Below, one piece after another: positions 1 through 8,280 of a stretch of DNA of 64,000 nt. The translations under genes were made by a program, and so were the position numbers. The notes beneath the pieces were generated by a model. The model saw only the letters and a program-made list of their open reading frames with translations, searched no databases and was not told where the DNA came from. The stretch is taken from contig QKEV01000017.1 of assembly GCA_003252295.1 (NCBI GenBank), positions 100,488 to 164,487 of the forward strand, given 5' to 3'. The DNA is from a bacterium. Lineage in GTDB: Bacteria > Patescibacteriota > Minisyncoccia > Phycocordibacterales > UBA12088. Numbering within the stretch: position 1 is the first letter of the stretch; each line of letters begins with the position of its first letter.

Positions 1-1629
1 GTTTCTGAGTTTGACCTCATTGCTTGCGGTAAGGACGGCAAGATAAACATGATCGAGGTAGGTGGAAAGGAAACCAAGGAAGAGCTCCTCAATGAGGCAC
101 TCAACAAAGCAGTTTTGGTACACAATGAACTCCAGAAATGGCAGGAGGGTATTATTACTGAAATAGGAAAAGAAAAGATTGAACTACCAACACGAGTTGT
201 TGCAGATGATATCAAAAACCTCTTTGAAACTGAGGTACAACCAAAAATGTCTGAATACGTGTTTGGTGAAAAGGGAGCTTATACACTCAAGGAAGAGTGG
301 ATGGCAGTCGTAAAAGAGCAGCTACCGGAAGCATCAGCAGCTGATGCTGGCGATCTCTTTGAGGAGAAGGTAGATGAGTTGGTGCACACTGAGGCACTTG
401 AAAATGACCGACGACAAGATGGACGAAACATGGACGAGATACGAAACCTATATGCACAAGCAGGAGGATTCTCAAAGGTGATACACGGTACAGGTATTTT
501 CTACCGCGGTGGAACACATGTTCTCTCAGCACTCACCCTTGGTGGCCCAGGTGACGCACAGCTCCTCGACACTATAGAGAATCAGGACACGACAAAACAC
601 TACATGCACCACTACAACTTCCCACCATTCTCAGTGGGGGAAACCGGACGAATAGGAGGATTCAATAGACGAGCTACAGGACATGGTGCACTCGCTGAAA
701 AGGCACTTGTACCTGTACTTCCAGAAAAGGATAAGTTTCCATACACCATCAGAGTTGTTTCTGAGGTTATGGCATCCAATGGTTCAAGTTCACAGGCAAG
801 TATCTGTGGTTCAACGCTCGCACTCATGGATGCAGGTGTGCCAATAAAGCGCCCTGTTGCAGGTATTGCTATGGGTCTCATGAGCAACAAAGAGGGTAAG
901 TACAAGATATTGACCGACATTCAAGGTCCAGAGGATCACTTTGGTGACATGGATCTCAAGGTTGCTGGAACTACTGAAGGAATCACCGCAATGCAAATGG
1001 ATGTAAAGATTGAGGGCGCAACTGTTCCAGTACTCATGGAAGCTATTCAACAAGCAAAGAATGCACGTCTCCAGATACTCGAAGTTATCAAAGCTGCAAT
1101 AGCTGAACCACGAACGGACATTCACCCACTCGCACCAAAGATTCTCACCTTAAAAGTGAAGGTTGACCAAATAGGACTCGTTATTGGTAGTGGTGGAAAG
1201 ACCATCAATGGTATCAAGGATGAATCTGGTGTTGATGACATTACCATCGAGGATGATGGCTCTGTCTTCATTACTGGTAAAAATGGTACCGCTGAAAAGG
1301 CGTTTGCTATGATAGAGGAACTCGTACATGAGTACATACCAGGAGAAATGTGCGAAGGTGAGGTAACTCGCATCCTCGACTTTGGTGCATTTGTAAAGAT
1401 TGGTGCAAATGCAGAGGGAATGGTACATATTTCTGAGATAGCACCATTCAGGATCGAGAACATTCGTGACGCACTCAAAGAGGGTGAGCATGTGAAGGTT
1501 GCCGTGAAGGAGGTAGATGAAAAGGGAAGAATCAACCTATCTATCAAAGCAGCTGACCCAGGATGGGCAGAGCGAAAGGGACTCAACGCGAAAGCAGCCC
1601 CACAGCCAAAACCACCAACACAAAAATAG
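1..1629 (+). CDS. pnp: Polynucleotide phosphorylase, C-terminal ~540 aa; 5' end lies outside the window
   Basis: Frame 1 is open from base 1. Translation shows the second RNase PH domain (GTGIFYRGGTHVLSALTLGG), a KH domain (GLVIGSGGKTI) and an S1 domain (GEVTRILDFGAFVKI). Confidence 0.9.
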   Translation, partial: VSEFDLIACGKDGKINMIEVGGKETKEELLNEALNKAVLVHNELQKWQEGIITEIGKEKIELPTRVVADDIKNLFETEVQPKMSEYVFGEKGAYTLKEEWMAVVKEQLPEASAADAGDLFEEKVDELVHTEALENDRRQDGRNMDEIRNLYAQAGGFSKVIHGTGIFYRGGTHVLSALTLGGPGDAQLLDTIENQDTTKHYMHHYNFPPFSVGETGRIGGFNRRATGHGALAEKALVPVLPEKDKFPYTIRVVSEVMASNGSSSQASICGSTLALMDAGVPIKRPVAGIAMGLMSNKEGKYKILTDIQGPEDHFGDMDLKVAGTTEGITAMQMDVKIEGATVPVLMEAIQQAKNARLQILEVIKAAIAEPRTDIHPLAPKILTLKVKVDQIGLVIGSGGKTINGIKDESGVDDITIEDDGSVFITGKNGTAEKAFAMIEELVHEYIPGEMCEGEVTRILDFGAFVKIGANAEGMVHISEIAPFRIENIRDALKEGEHVKVAVKEVDEKGRINLSIKAADPGWAERKGLNAKAAPQPKPPTQK

Positions 1630-1636
1630 CACACTG

Positions 1637-1668
1637 AAACCCACGCCAAAACGTGGGTTTCTTCCACG
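1637..1668 (+). terminator. Rho-independent terminator after pnp
   Basis: gaaacccacg-ccaaaa-cgtgggttt is a perfect 9-10 bp GC stem followed by a T-rich tract (cttccacgtttctt). Confidence 0.5.
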
Positions 1669-1713
1669 TTTCTTATGTGGAACTACTAGGGAGAAACGTA
1701 GTACAATAGTCGT

Positions 1714-2421
1714 ATGCCGAATGACCCGGGTAAGTATCGGGTGCCTATTTTGCACCTGAAAGACGTTGTCGATGAACCTTCACAAAGCACTGCCGCAGGT
1801 GCAGGTTTGCCGCAGCAGCAGCAAGTACAGCCACAAGTGGATGGTGTTATCCCAAACCAGTACCAGCAGCAAATGCAGCAACAGGTTGCACCGCAGTTTG
1901 TACAAGCACAACCTCAGTCACCACAACCTGAACCTGCAAAAAAAGGGTTCAGTATTTTTGGTAGAAAGAAAGGGGTGATAGAAGAGGCAGTCAGTGAAGC
2001 AATCATTACTCCGGCGTACGAGACACATGGACCAACAGAAGTACAAGGTACTGAAATTCCTATCCCACAAAATCAACAGTTTGCACCACAAACACAGCAA
2101 TTTACTCCTCCTACACAACAACCTGTGAACATACCTCAAGATATACAGACACCTACCCCACAAACATCACCAACACTAACAATTCCAGCAGCACAGAACA
2201 TACAACCAACACCCGCTCCAGTTGTCCCACCTGTTCAACCTGTGGTGGAGCAACCTGCACCAGTAGTACCTCCGGTACCACCAGTTATGGAGCAACCACA
2301 AACTCCTGTACCACCAACTCCAGTTGTCCCACCAGCTCCGGTAGCAGAAATACCTGTGACTCCTCCTGCTCTTCATCAACACAACAAGTACAGCAAACTA
2401 TACCTACCCCACAAGAAGTAG
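1714..2421 (+). CDS. Pro/Gln-rich protein, N-terminal part; probably the same gene as 2577..4787, interrupted by an apparent frameshift near 2370-2420
   Basis: Long ORF with a Q/P-rich low-complexity product. It ends 16 codons after the first copy of a 162-bp repeat, while the next reading frame stays open across the junction. Confidence 0.45.
   Translation: MPNDPGKYRVPILHLKDVVDEPSQSTAAGAGLPQQQQVQPQVDGVIPNQYQQQMQQQVAPQFVQAQPQSPQPEPAKKGFSIFGRKKGVIEEAVSEAIITPAYETHGPTEVQGTEIPIPQNQQFAPQTQQFTPPTQQPVNIPQDIQTPTPQTSPTLTIPAAQNIQPTPAPVVPPVQPVVEQPAPVVPPVPPVMEQPQTPVPPTPVVPPAPVAEIPVTPPALHQHNKYSKLYLPHKK
2209..2370 (+). repeat. 162-bp direct repeat, copy 1; encodes PTPAPVVPPVQPVVEQPAPVVPPVPPVMEQPQTPVPPTPVVPPAPVAEIPVTPPA
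   Basis: Nearly identical to 2781..2942, differing by about 1 nt. The offset between copies is 572 bp, not a multiple of 3. Confidence 0.85.
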
Positions 2422-2576
2422 ATTTCCATACACAAGATCAAGATACAGCAACAGGGGTATTTGAAATACCAAAAGAACCTCTCTCACAACAACCTCGTGA
2501 GTTTCTTGAAGCAATTGAGAGAGACTCTCAACGCGAAGAGGCACTTGCTGGAGAAGCAACCCGTGAGCTAGATGAC

Positions 2577-4787
2577 GTGCTTGCAAGTCAGTTTGCAATA
2601 GCCCGTGAACAGCAACTTGAGCAGATGGCAAATACTCAACAGACACCTCCAGTACCTGCTCCTGAAGAACTACAGCAAGTAACACTTCCACCGCGACCTG
2701 TTGAACAAATCGAATCATTACCACCTGTTATACAACCAAAAGAAATTCCACCTCATGTAGTACCTCTCCCTCAGGCACCAACACCCGCTCCAGTTGTTCC
2801 ACCTGTTCAACCTGTGGTGGAGCAACCTGCACCAGTAGTACCTCCGGTACCACCAGTTATGGAGCAACCACAAACTCCTGTACCACCAACTCCAGTTGTC
2901 CCACCAGCTCCGGTAGCAGAAATACCTGTGACTCCTCCTGCTCAGGCACCAGAAGAATCTGTCGATAATCTCATAAGCTCACTCAGTAAAAGAAAAGATG
3001 AGATCAACATGACTATATCTGGCTACCAAGATGGTGAAGAACCAATTGATTCATCTTCTGGATTTGGCACAACAAGTGGTGACGATGGTCCACCTGACAT
3101 ATGGGAACTTGCTGCTATGCGTAAAAGCGGTAAAGCAGTTGCTCCACCACAAACCACACCAAACCTTGCTCAGGTAGCTCCAACAAACCAAACTGCGCAA
3201 GTAGTGACGCAACCAGTAGCAGTACCTGAACAGCAAGAAGTACTCACTGTCAACGATCCAACAATGCGCGTGCAACAAACCCCTCTTCCACGACCAGAGG
3301 AGGAAACTAGTACTGAACCAGCAACATCAGCACTAGATGAAATAACCTACAATGATGGAGAAGATGAAGTGTATGGGGAAGAAATACCTGACGATGTACC
3401 AGAGGAAAATTTAGTGCCAGAAAACGAAAACACCATAACTGTAGCAACACCTGAACAAAAAGCGCCGATTGAAGATGTAGCTATTCACCTTGAAATCGAA
3501 AACGCCAACACTAAGGAATCACCTACTCAAAAGACTCAACAACCTGCAGAGCAAGTTGCCCCAAATGAAAAGCCAACTTCAAACCTCGAGGCACTCAGGA
3601 AGAGAGCACAAGAATCAGCACAAGATGAACAGGAACATCCTCATACTGTAGCTGGGGCAGAGCCACAAAAACGACCTAAACCAACAACACAGCATGCAAA
3701 GGCAATTGCAAATATTGCTGATAAATTGAGCGAAATACAATCAACACCCGCAACTGAACTTCCTTCAATAAAATCTATCATCGAGGGAGACATTGATGCA
3801 GAAACTGCATCTAAAAAAACAAAAGAAATAACAGGAACAGGGAATGAAGAGGGTGCTCTACCAACAACCCAAGGCATACCGCTTGTAAGAACATTTCGCA
3901 ATGACGTTGAACAGGCAGTGGTAAAAAACAAAACCTCTGTTGGTGACATGCTGGAGCGAGAGAAAAATAGAAACTATGGAGAGACCATACGAACCGCAAA
4001 ACACTCGAACTCATCAACCATTTCACTTATTCTAGTGTGGGCAAGTGTGATCCTTGTGCTTGGTGCTGTTGCTTTTGGAGTATTCGTACTATTTAACTTC
4101 CTAACAAAAAACAGAAATACTGATACACCTGAGATTGTTTCTCCTAATGAGATCGTTCTTCACGACATAACCAACCAGACAAAAACTGAAATCCTTGAAG
4201 GTCTCACTAGTATTGGCGCAACACTACAAGCATCACAAAACTCAGTAACTGAACTGCAAATAGTGGAAGGCGAGTCAGGTACAAGGATTGTTGAGACGTA
4301 CAGTTTCTTTGGAAAACTAAACACCAACGCACCGAGCAGTCTCATCCGCTCAACCGATGAGGATATGGCAATCGGTTTTCATAAGCTCGTTAAAGGTGAG
4401 CCGTTCTGGGCATTCAAGGTAACTGACTTTGAGGCTGCCTCCGGCGGTATGTATGAATGGGAAGATACGTTACGTAAAGACCTGTCACCACTCTTCGGAC
4501 GTGTAGTAGAGGTAAACGTTTCAACACCATCGACAACAGTAAGTGCCAGCTCTACCAGTACTACGACCACACAGGTTACTACAGGAACAACACAACGTTC
4601 CCTTGTTGACGTGTACACAGACACCACAGTGGCAAATGTTCCAGCACGCTGTCTCAAAGGCACAGGAGACCAACAAGACACCTGTATACTACTCTGGTCC
4701 ATGCCTGACAAGGAAACAGTGGTCATCACCAGTAATACTGATACACTCAGAACACTCATAGATCGTATGAAGGCACGCACAAACTAA
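2577..4787 (+). CDS. Pro/Gln-rich membrane-anchored protein, C-terminal part; the frame is open from 2055
   Basis: A 736-aa ORF starting at GTG. The upstream in-frame stretch 2373-2576 translates to sensible Q-rich sequence (STQQVQQTIPTPQEVDFHTQDQD...). There is a single TM helix near 4010-4110 (ISLILVWASVILVLGAVAFGVFVLF) followed by a ~220-aa C-terminal domain. Confidence 0.55.
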   Translation: MLASQFAIAREQQLEQMANTQQTPPVPAPEELQQVTLPPRPVEQIESLPPVIQPKEIPPHVVPLPQAPTPAPVVPPVQPVVEQPAPVVPPVPPVMEQPQTPVPPTPVVPPAPVAEIPVTPPAQAPEESVDNLISSLSKRKDEINMTISGYQDGEEPIDSSSGFGTTSGDDGPPDIWELAAMRKSGKAVAPPQTTPNLAQVAPTNQTAQVVTQPVAVPEQQEVLTVNDPTMRVQQTPLPRPEEETSTEPATSALDEITYNDGEDEVYGEEIPDDVPEENLVPENENTITVATPEQKAPIEDVAIHLEIENANTKESPTQKTQQPAEQVAPNEKPTSNLEALRKRAQESAQDEQEHPHTVAGAEPQKRPKPTTQHAKAIANIADKLSEIQSTPATELPSIKSIIEGDIDAETASKKTKEITGTGNEEGALPTTQGIPLVRTFRNDVEQAVVKNKTSVGDMLEREKNRNYGETIRTAKHSNSSTISLILVWASVILVLGAVAFGVFVLFNFLTKNRNTDTPEIVSPNEIVLHDITNQTKTEILEGLTSIGATLQASQNSVTELQIVEGESGTRIVETYSFFGKLNTNAPSSLIRSTDEDMAIGFHKLVKGEPFWAFKVTDFEAASGGMYEWEDTLRKDLSPLFGRVVEVNVSTPSTTVSASSTSTTTTQVTTGTTQRSLVDVYTDTTVANVPARCLKGTGDQQDTCILLWSMPDKETVVITSNTDTLRTLIDRMKARTN
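2781..2942 (+). repeat. 162-bp direct repeat, copy 2
   Basis: Same sequence as 2209..2370. Here it is translated in the frame of the 2577..4787 ORF. Confidence 0.85.
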
Positions 4788-4830
4788 AACTTGCTTGCGC
4801 TAACACAGGTACCCAAGTACACTTTTAGGT

Positions 4831-5199
4831 ATGAACGATTTTACACAATACAAAACCGCTCTTGAACATGAGCAGAAGGAGCTTGAAGAAGAACTTTCAA
4901 AGCTCGGTATTCAAAACCCGCAAGACCCATCAGGATGGTCTCTTAAGAATCCTGACCTCGACATACTGAATGCTGATGAAAATGAGGCTGCAGACAAGAA
5001 CGAAGAGTTACACATAAACTCTATCATACTTGATGAGCTTGCTGTTCGGTACAGCAACGTAAAGCTCGCATTGGAAAAAATTGCAGCAAACACCTTTGGA
5101 ACATGCGAAGAGTGTGAGGAACCTATTGAGACTGAACGTTTAACCGCAAATCCAGCTGCTCGAACATGCAAGAAACACGCGGCTGATTCTGATGCATAG
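4831..5199 (+). CDS. DksA/TraR-family C4-type zinc-finger protein
   Basis: 122 aa. N-terminal coiled-coil-like acidic region and a C-terminal CxxC...(17)...CxxH motif (TCEECEEPIETERLTANPAARTCKKH). Confidence 0.5.
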   Translation: MNDFTQYKTALEHEQKELEEELSKLGIQNPQDPSGWSLKNPDLDILNADENEAADKNEELHINSIILDELAVRYSNVKLALEKIAANTFGTCEECEEPIETERLTANPAARTCKKHAADSDA

Positions 5200-5204
5200 C
5201 ACAC

Positions 5205-6719
5205 ATGAGTTTTGCACGAGTATATAGTGCGCAACCGGTATATCTTGATACAGTATACGTTTCTGTTGAAGCAGACCTTTCCAAAGGTCTGCATTCTTTT
5301 TCTATAGTTGGTTTACCTGATAAGGCTGTCGAGGAATCAAAAGAACGTGTTGCTGTGGCAATAAAAAATTCAGGTTATACTTCACCAAAACACAGCAGCA
5401 AACGAGTACTTATCTCTCTCGCTCCTGCAACAGTCAAAAAAGAGGGTGCTCGATTTGACCTAGCTATTGCACTCGCATACCTCTGTGCAGCTGATGATGT
5501 CTCGTTTGACCCTACTGGTATACTCTTTCTTGGTGAACTGTCACTTGAGGGAAAACTGCGTCCAGTACACGGCGTACTCTCTATAGCGCAGCATGCTAGT
5601 AAAAACGGGTTCCATACACTCATTGTTCCGACTGAAAACGCAGAAGAAGCGGCGCTCGTACATGATATTACTGTCTATCCAGCGGAATCACTTGAACAAG
5701 TTGTGACACATCTACGCGAGGGTGTTGAAGATGCACTTCCAGCACAACCACACACAACACTTCATACTCGCACTAATAAACATGCCAATCAGGTAGATTT
5801 TGGTGATATACGGGGACAAGAAACAGCTAAGCGAGGTCTAGAAATTGCAGCCGCAGGTAGACACAATATCGTACTCTATGGACCACCGGGTACCGGTAAA
5901 ACCATGCTCGCTCGTGCTTTCCAGGGCATACTGCCTAACCTCACATACGAAGAGGCACTTGAGGCAACCTCAGTACATTCAATAGCTGGTGCACTCAAGG
6001 AAACCATTATTGTCACACCACCATTCAGAAGCCCACACCACACCTCGTCACATGTTGCCATTGTTGGTGGTGGCACTATACCAAAACCAGGTGAGGTGAC
6101 ACTCGCACACCGTGGCGTACTCTTCCTCGATGAGTTCCCAGAGTTTGACCGTAGGGTAGTGGACGCACTTCGTGAACCGCTCGAAGACAGAGTCGTGTCC
6201 ATCTCACGAGCACGAGGACAGGTATCATTCCCAGCAGACTTCATTCTTGTCGCAGCACTCAACCCCACAAGAGAGCAGGGTGAGGTGCGTATCAATGATC
6301 TCGATAGGGAACGTTTAAAGAAGAAGATATCAGGACCGGTCATTGATCGTATCGACATGTGGATAGAGGTTACCCACATTGAGCATGAAAAGCTGTACAC
6401 ACGGGAAGAGCGAGTACTTGAGTCAGGGGGTATACAGGAGAATGTACTCAAGGCTCGACAGGTGCAGAACAAGCGCTATAGATCAAGCACGAAGACGAAC
6501 GCTTCCATGAGTGTAGTAGATATAGACGAGCTTGCTCACCTGAGCAACGAAGCAGAGACACTCCTCCGCAGTGCAGCGCAAAACCTCAAACTCTCGCCAC
6601 GGAGCTACCATCGCACCATCAAGCTCGCCCGCACCATCGCAGACCTTGACACCTCAGAGAGGATAGAAGGTGGACACATCCTCGAAGCGCTGACGTACAG
6701 ACCGAAAGATCTCTTTTAG
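5205..6719 (+). CDS. YifB/ComM-family Mg-chelatase-like AAA+ ATPase
   Basis: N-terminal Lon-like domain, a Walker A motif (VLYGPPGTGKTMLARAF), Walker B (VLFLDEFPEF), and the ChlI-type C-terminal region. Confidence 0.85.
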   Translation: MSFARVYSAQPVYLDTVYVSVEADLSKGLHSFSIVGLPDKAVEESKERVAVAIKNSGYTSPKHSSKRVLISLAPATVKKEGARFDLAIALAYLCAADDVSFDPTGILFLGELSLEGKLRPVHGVLSIAQHASKNGFHTLIVPTENAEEAALVHDITVYPAESLEQVVTHLREGVEDALPAQPHTTLHTRTNKHANQVDFGDIRGQETAKRGLEIAAAGRHNIVLYGPPGTGKTMLARAFQGILPNLTYEEALEATSVHSIAGALKETIIVTPPFRSPHHTSSHVAIVGGGTIPKPGEVTLAHRGVLFLDEFPEFDRRVVDALREPLEDRVVSISRARGQVSFPADFILVAALNPTREQGEVRINDLDRERLKKKISGPVIDRIDMWIEVTHIEHEKLYTREERVLESGGIQENVLKARQVQNKRYRSSTKTNASMSVVDIDELAHLSNEAETLLRSAAQNLKLSPRSYHRTIKLARTIADLDTSERIEGGHILEALTYRPKDLF

Positions 6720-6764
6720 GGGTTAGGTTATAGGTTTTGAGTTCAGAGCACACTTATTCATGTA

Positions 6765-6796
6765 AAAAACAAAACCGCGTAAGCGGTTTTTTGTTA
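6765..6796. terminator. Bidirectional Rho-independent terminator between comM-like (+) and the M23 peptidase gene (-)
   Basis: aaaaaacaaaaccgc-gtaa-gcggttttttgtt has an A-run, an 8-bp GC stem and a T-run. Confidence 0.6.
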
Positions 6797-6932
6797 CTAG
6801 ATAGGATTACAAAAGTTTATTTTAGAGTGCGGAACGAGGAAGTAAGGAGGGGTGGTGTGAATGCTATGGCAATAGAGTGAACACTGCACCGACGTAACTG
6901 ACAAAGTTATGTGCCTAAAATAGGCTTTTGGA

Positions 6933-7886
6933 CTAAAAAGGATTTGCAGCGCCACGCACCTCAAAGTGAAGATGGTTACCTGTTGAACGTCCAGTAGAAC
7001 CAACATATCCTACAACCTGTCCTTGTGTCACACTCTGACCCTGCCACACAGTGTTTCGAGAGAAGTGCGCGTATAATGTCTGTGTACCGTTTGCATGCTC
7101 TATCACCACATAGTTTCCATATCCACCATTCCAACCACCAGCCTTTGAAACAATAACCTTTCCTGAGGCAGCAGCGACTACTGGAGTACCGTAGTTTGCA
7201 CCAAAATCTACCGCATTGTAACCATGCAACCCTTGTGTCTTCTGGTACCATCCACCCATTGGGTTAATGAAGTACCCAGAAACACTCGGTGCGCTTGAAA
7301 CTGCTGCAGCATAGCTTGCCGGCATCTTCTCGTCCATTTCACCACCTGGAATGGTGAGTGTATCACCTACAGCAAGTTCTGCATCATCAGCAATGTTGTT
7401 GTACTCTGCTATCTCAGCAATGAAATCACTAAGATTGTCTGAGCCGCCACTGTACTCCTTCGCGATACTCTTCAAAGTATCTCCCTTCTCAACAGTATGC
7501 TGTACGCCGGTAATAGGAAGTATGAGGAGTGTCTGTCCAGGATGAATGTCCATGTTGTTTGAAAGTTCATTTGCCCATACAACAGTGTTCACCGACACAT
7601 TGAACATCTCTGCCACCTGGGAGAGGGTATCTCCCTCCTGTACGAGATAGAGTGATATTTGGTCTGCTGTTGCAGGTGCAACCTGTTCTCTACTCACCTC
7701 CGCACTAAACGGCGTAAGATCTGCCTGAATCGCAGCATCATCAACCACAACAACATCACCACCACCAACCGAAAGTGTAGGGTCAATATTTTTAGCAGCC
7801 TGCAGGAGTCCTAGTGTCTGTGAGTTCTCCGTTGAAGCACTGTACTGTGTACCACGTGACACAAAAACAGTATCACTGTTTAGCAT
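6933..7886 (-). CDS. M23-family metalloendopeptidase with two LysM domains
   Basis: C-terminal M23 signature (GYNAVDFGANYGTPVVAAASGKV...HLHFEV). Two LysM-like segments (YLVQEGDTLSQVAEMFNVSVNTV and HTVEKGDTLKSIAKEY). The in-frame upstream codons encode a signal-anchor but contain no canonical start codon (see findings). Confidence 0.8.
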   Translation of the reverse strand: MLNSDTVFVSRGTQYSASTENSQTLGLLQAAKNIDPTLSVGGGDVVVVDDAAIQADLTPFSAEVSREQVAPATADQISLYLVQEGDTLSQVAEMFNVSVNTVVWANELSNNMDIHPGQTLLILPITGVQHTVEKGDTLKSIAKEYSGGSDNLSDFIAEIAEYNNIADDAELAVGDTLTIPGGEMDEKMPASYAAAVSSAPSVSGYFINPMGGWYQKTQGLHGYNAVDFGANYGTPVVAAASGKVIVSKAGGWNGGYGNYVVIEHANGTQTLYAHFSRNTVWQGQSVTQGQVVGYVGSTGRSTGNHLHFEVRGAANPF

Positions 7887-8280
7887 ATCTAAAAAAGTAG
7901 CTCGTGCTGTGTTCGTTGAAACGAGAGCACAAAATACGGAAACAGAAACAAAAGAAACCCACCCAATATGAGTTCTTTTATTTATATATTTACTCTGATC
8001 CTCGTTCGAATCGGTATCAGAGTCGTTTGAGATTTCTTGTTTAATAGTTCTATGGCGTCATGCGGTATAGCTTCCGGTAGGTACGTGCTCTATTTCCCTA
8101 AAGCAGAGCAACACCCTTACATCCATCCCGAATTTCAATCAACATGAACACTATAGACCTCGCACATATATCGTCAAGCACTTTTTTCAAAACAGTAGTG
8201 GATTACACCATGTAACTAATAAATTAAAAAAATGGCTATATTAAGCCATTTTTCAATATACCCTGATAATGGTATGATGG

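Noticed and set aside
287-1667. Antisense and alternative-frame ORFs inside pnp (287..532-, 612..920-, 811..1125-, 1122..1667-, 1150..1491-)
   Set aside because: They are fully embedded in the well-supported pnp reading frame and have no motifs. They are shadow ORFs of a conserved gene.
8230-8257. Hairpin aaatggct-atatta-agccattt upstream of uvrD as a terminator
   Set aside because: It sits in a divergent promoter region with no upstream gene to terminate. It is more likely an operator or attenuator, or has no function. The evidence is too weak to call.
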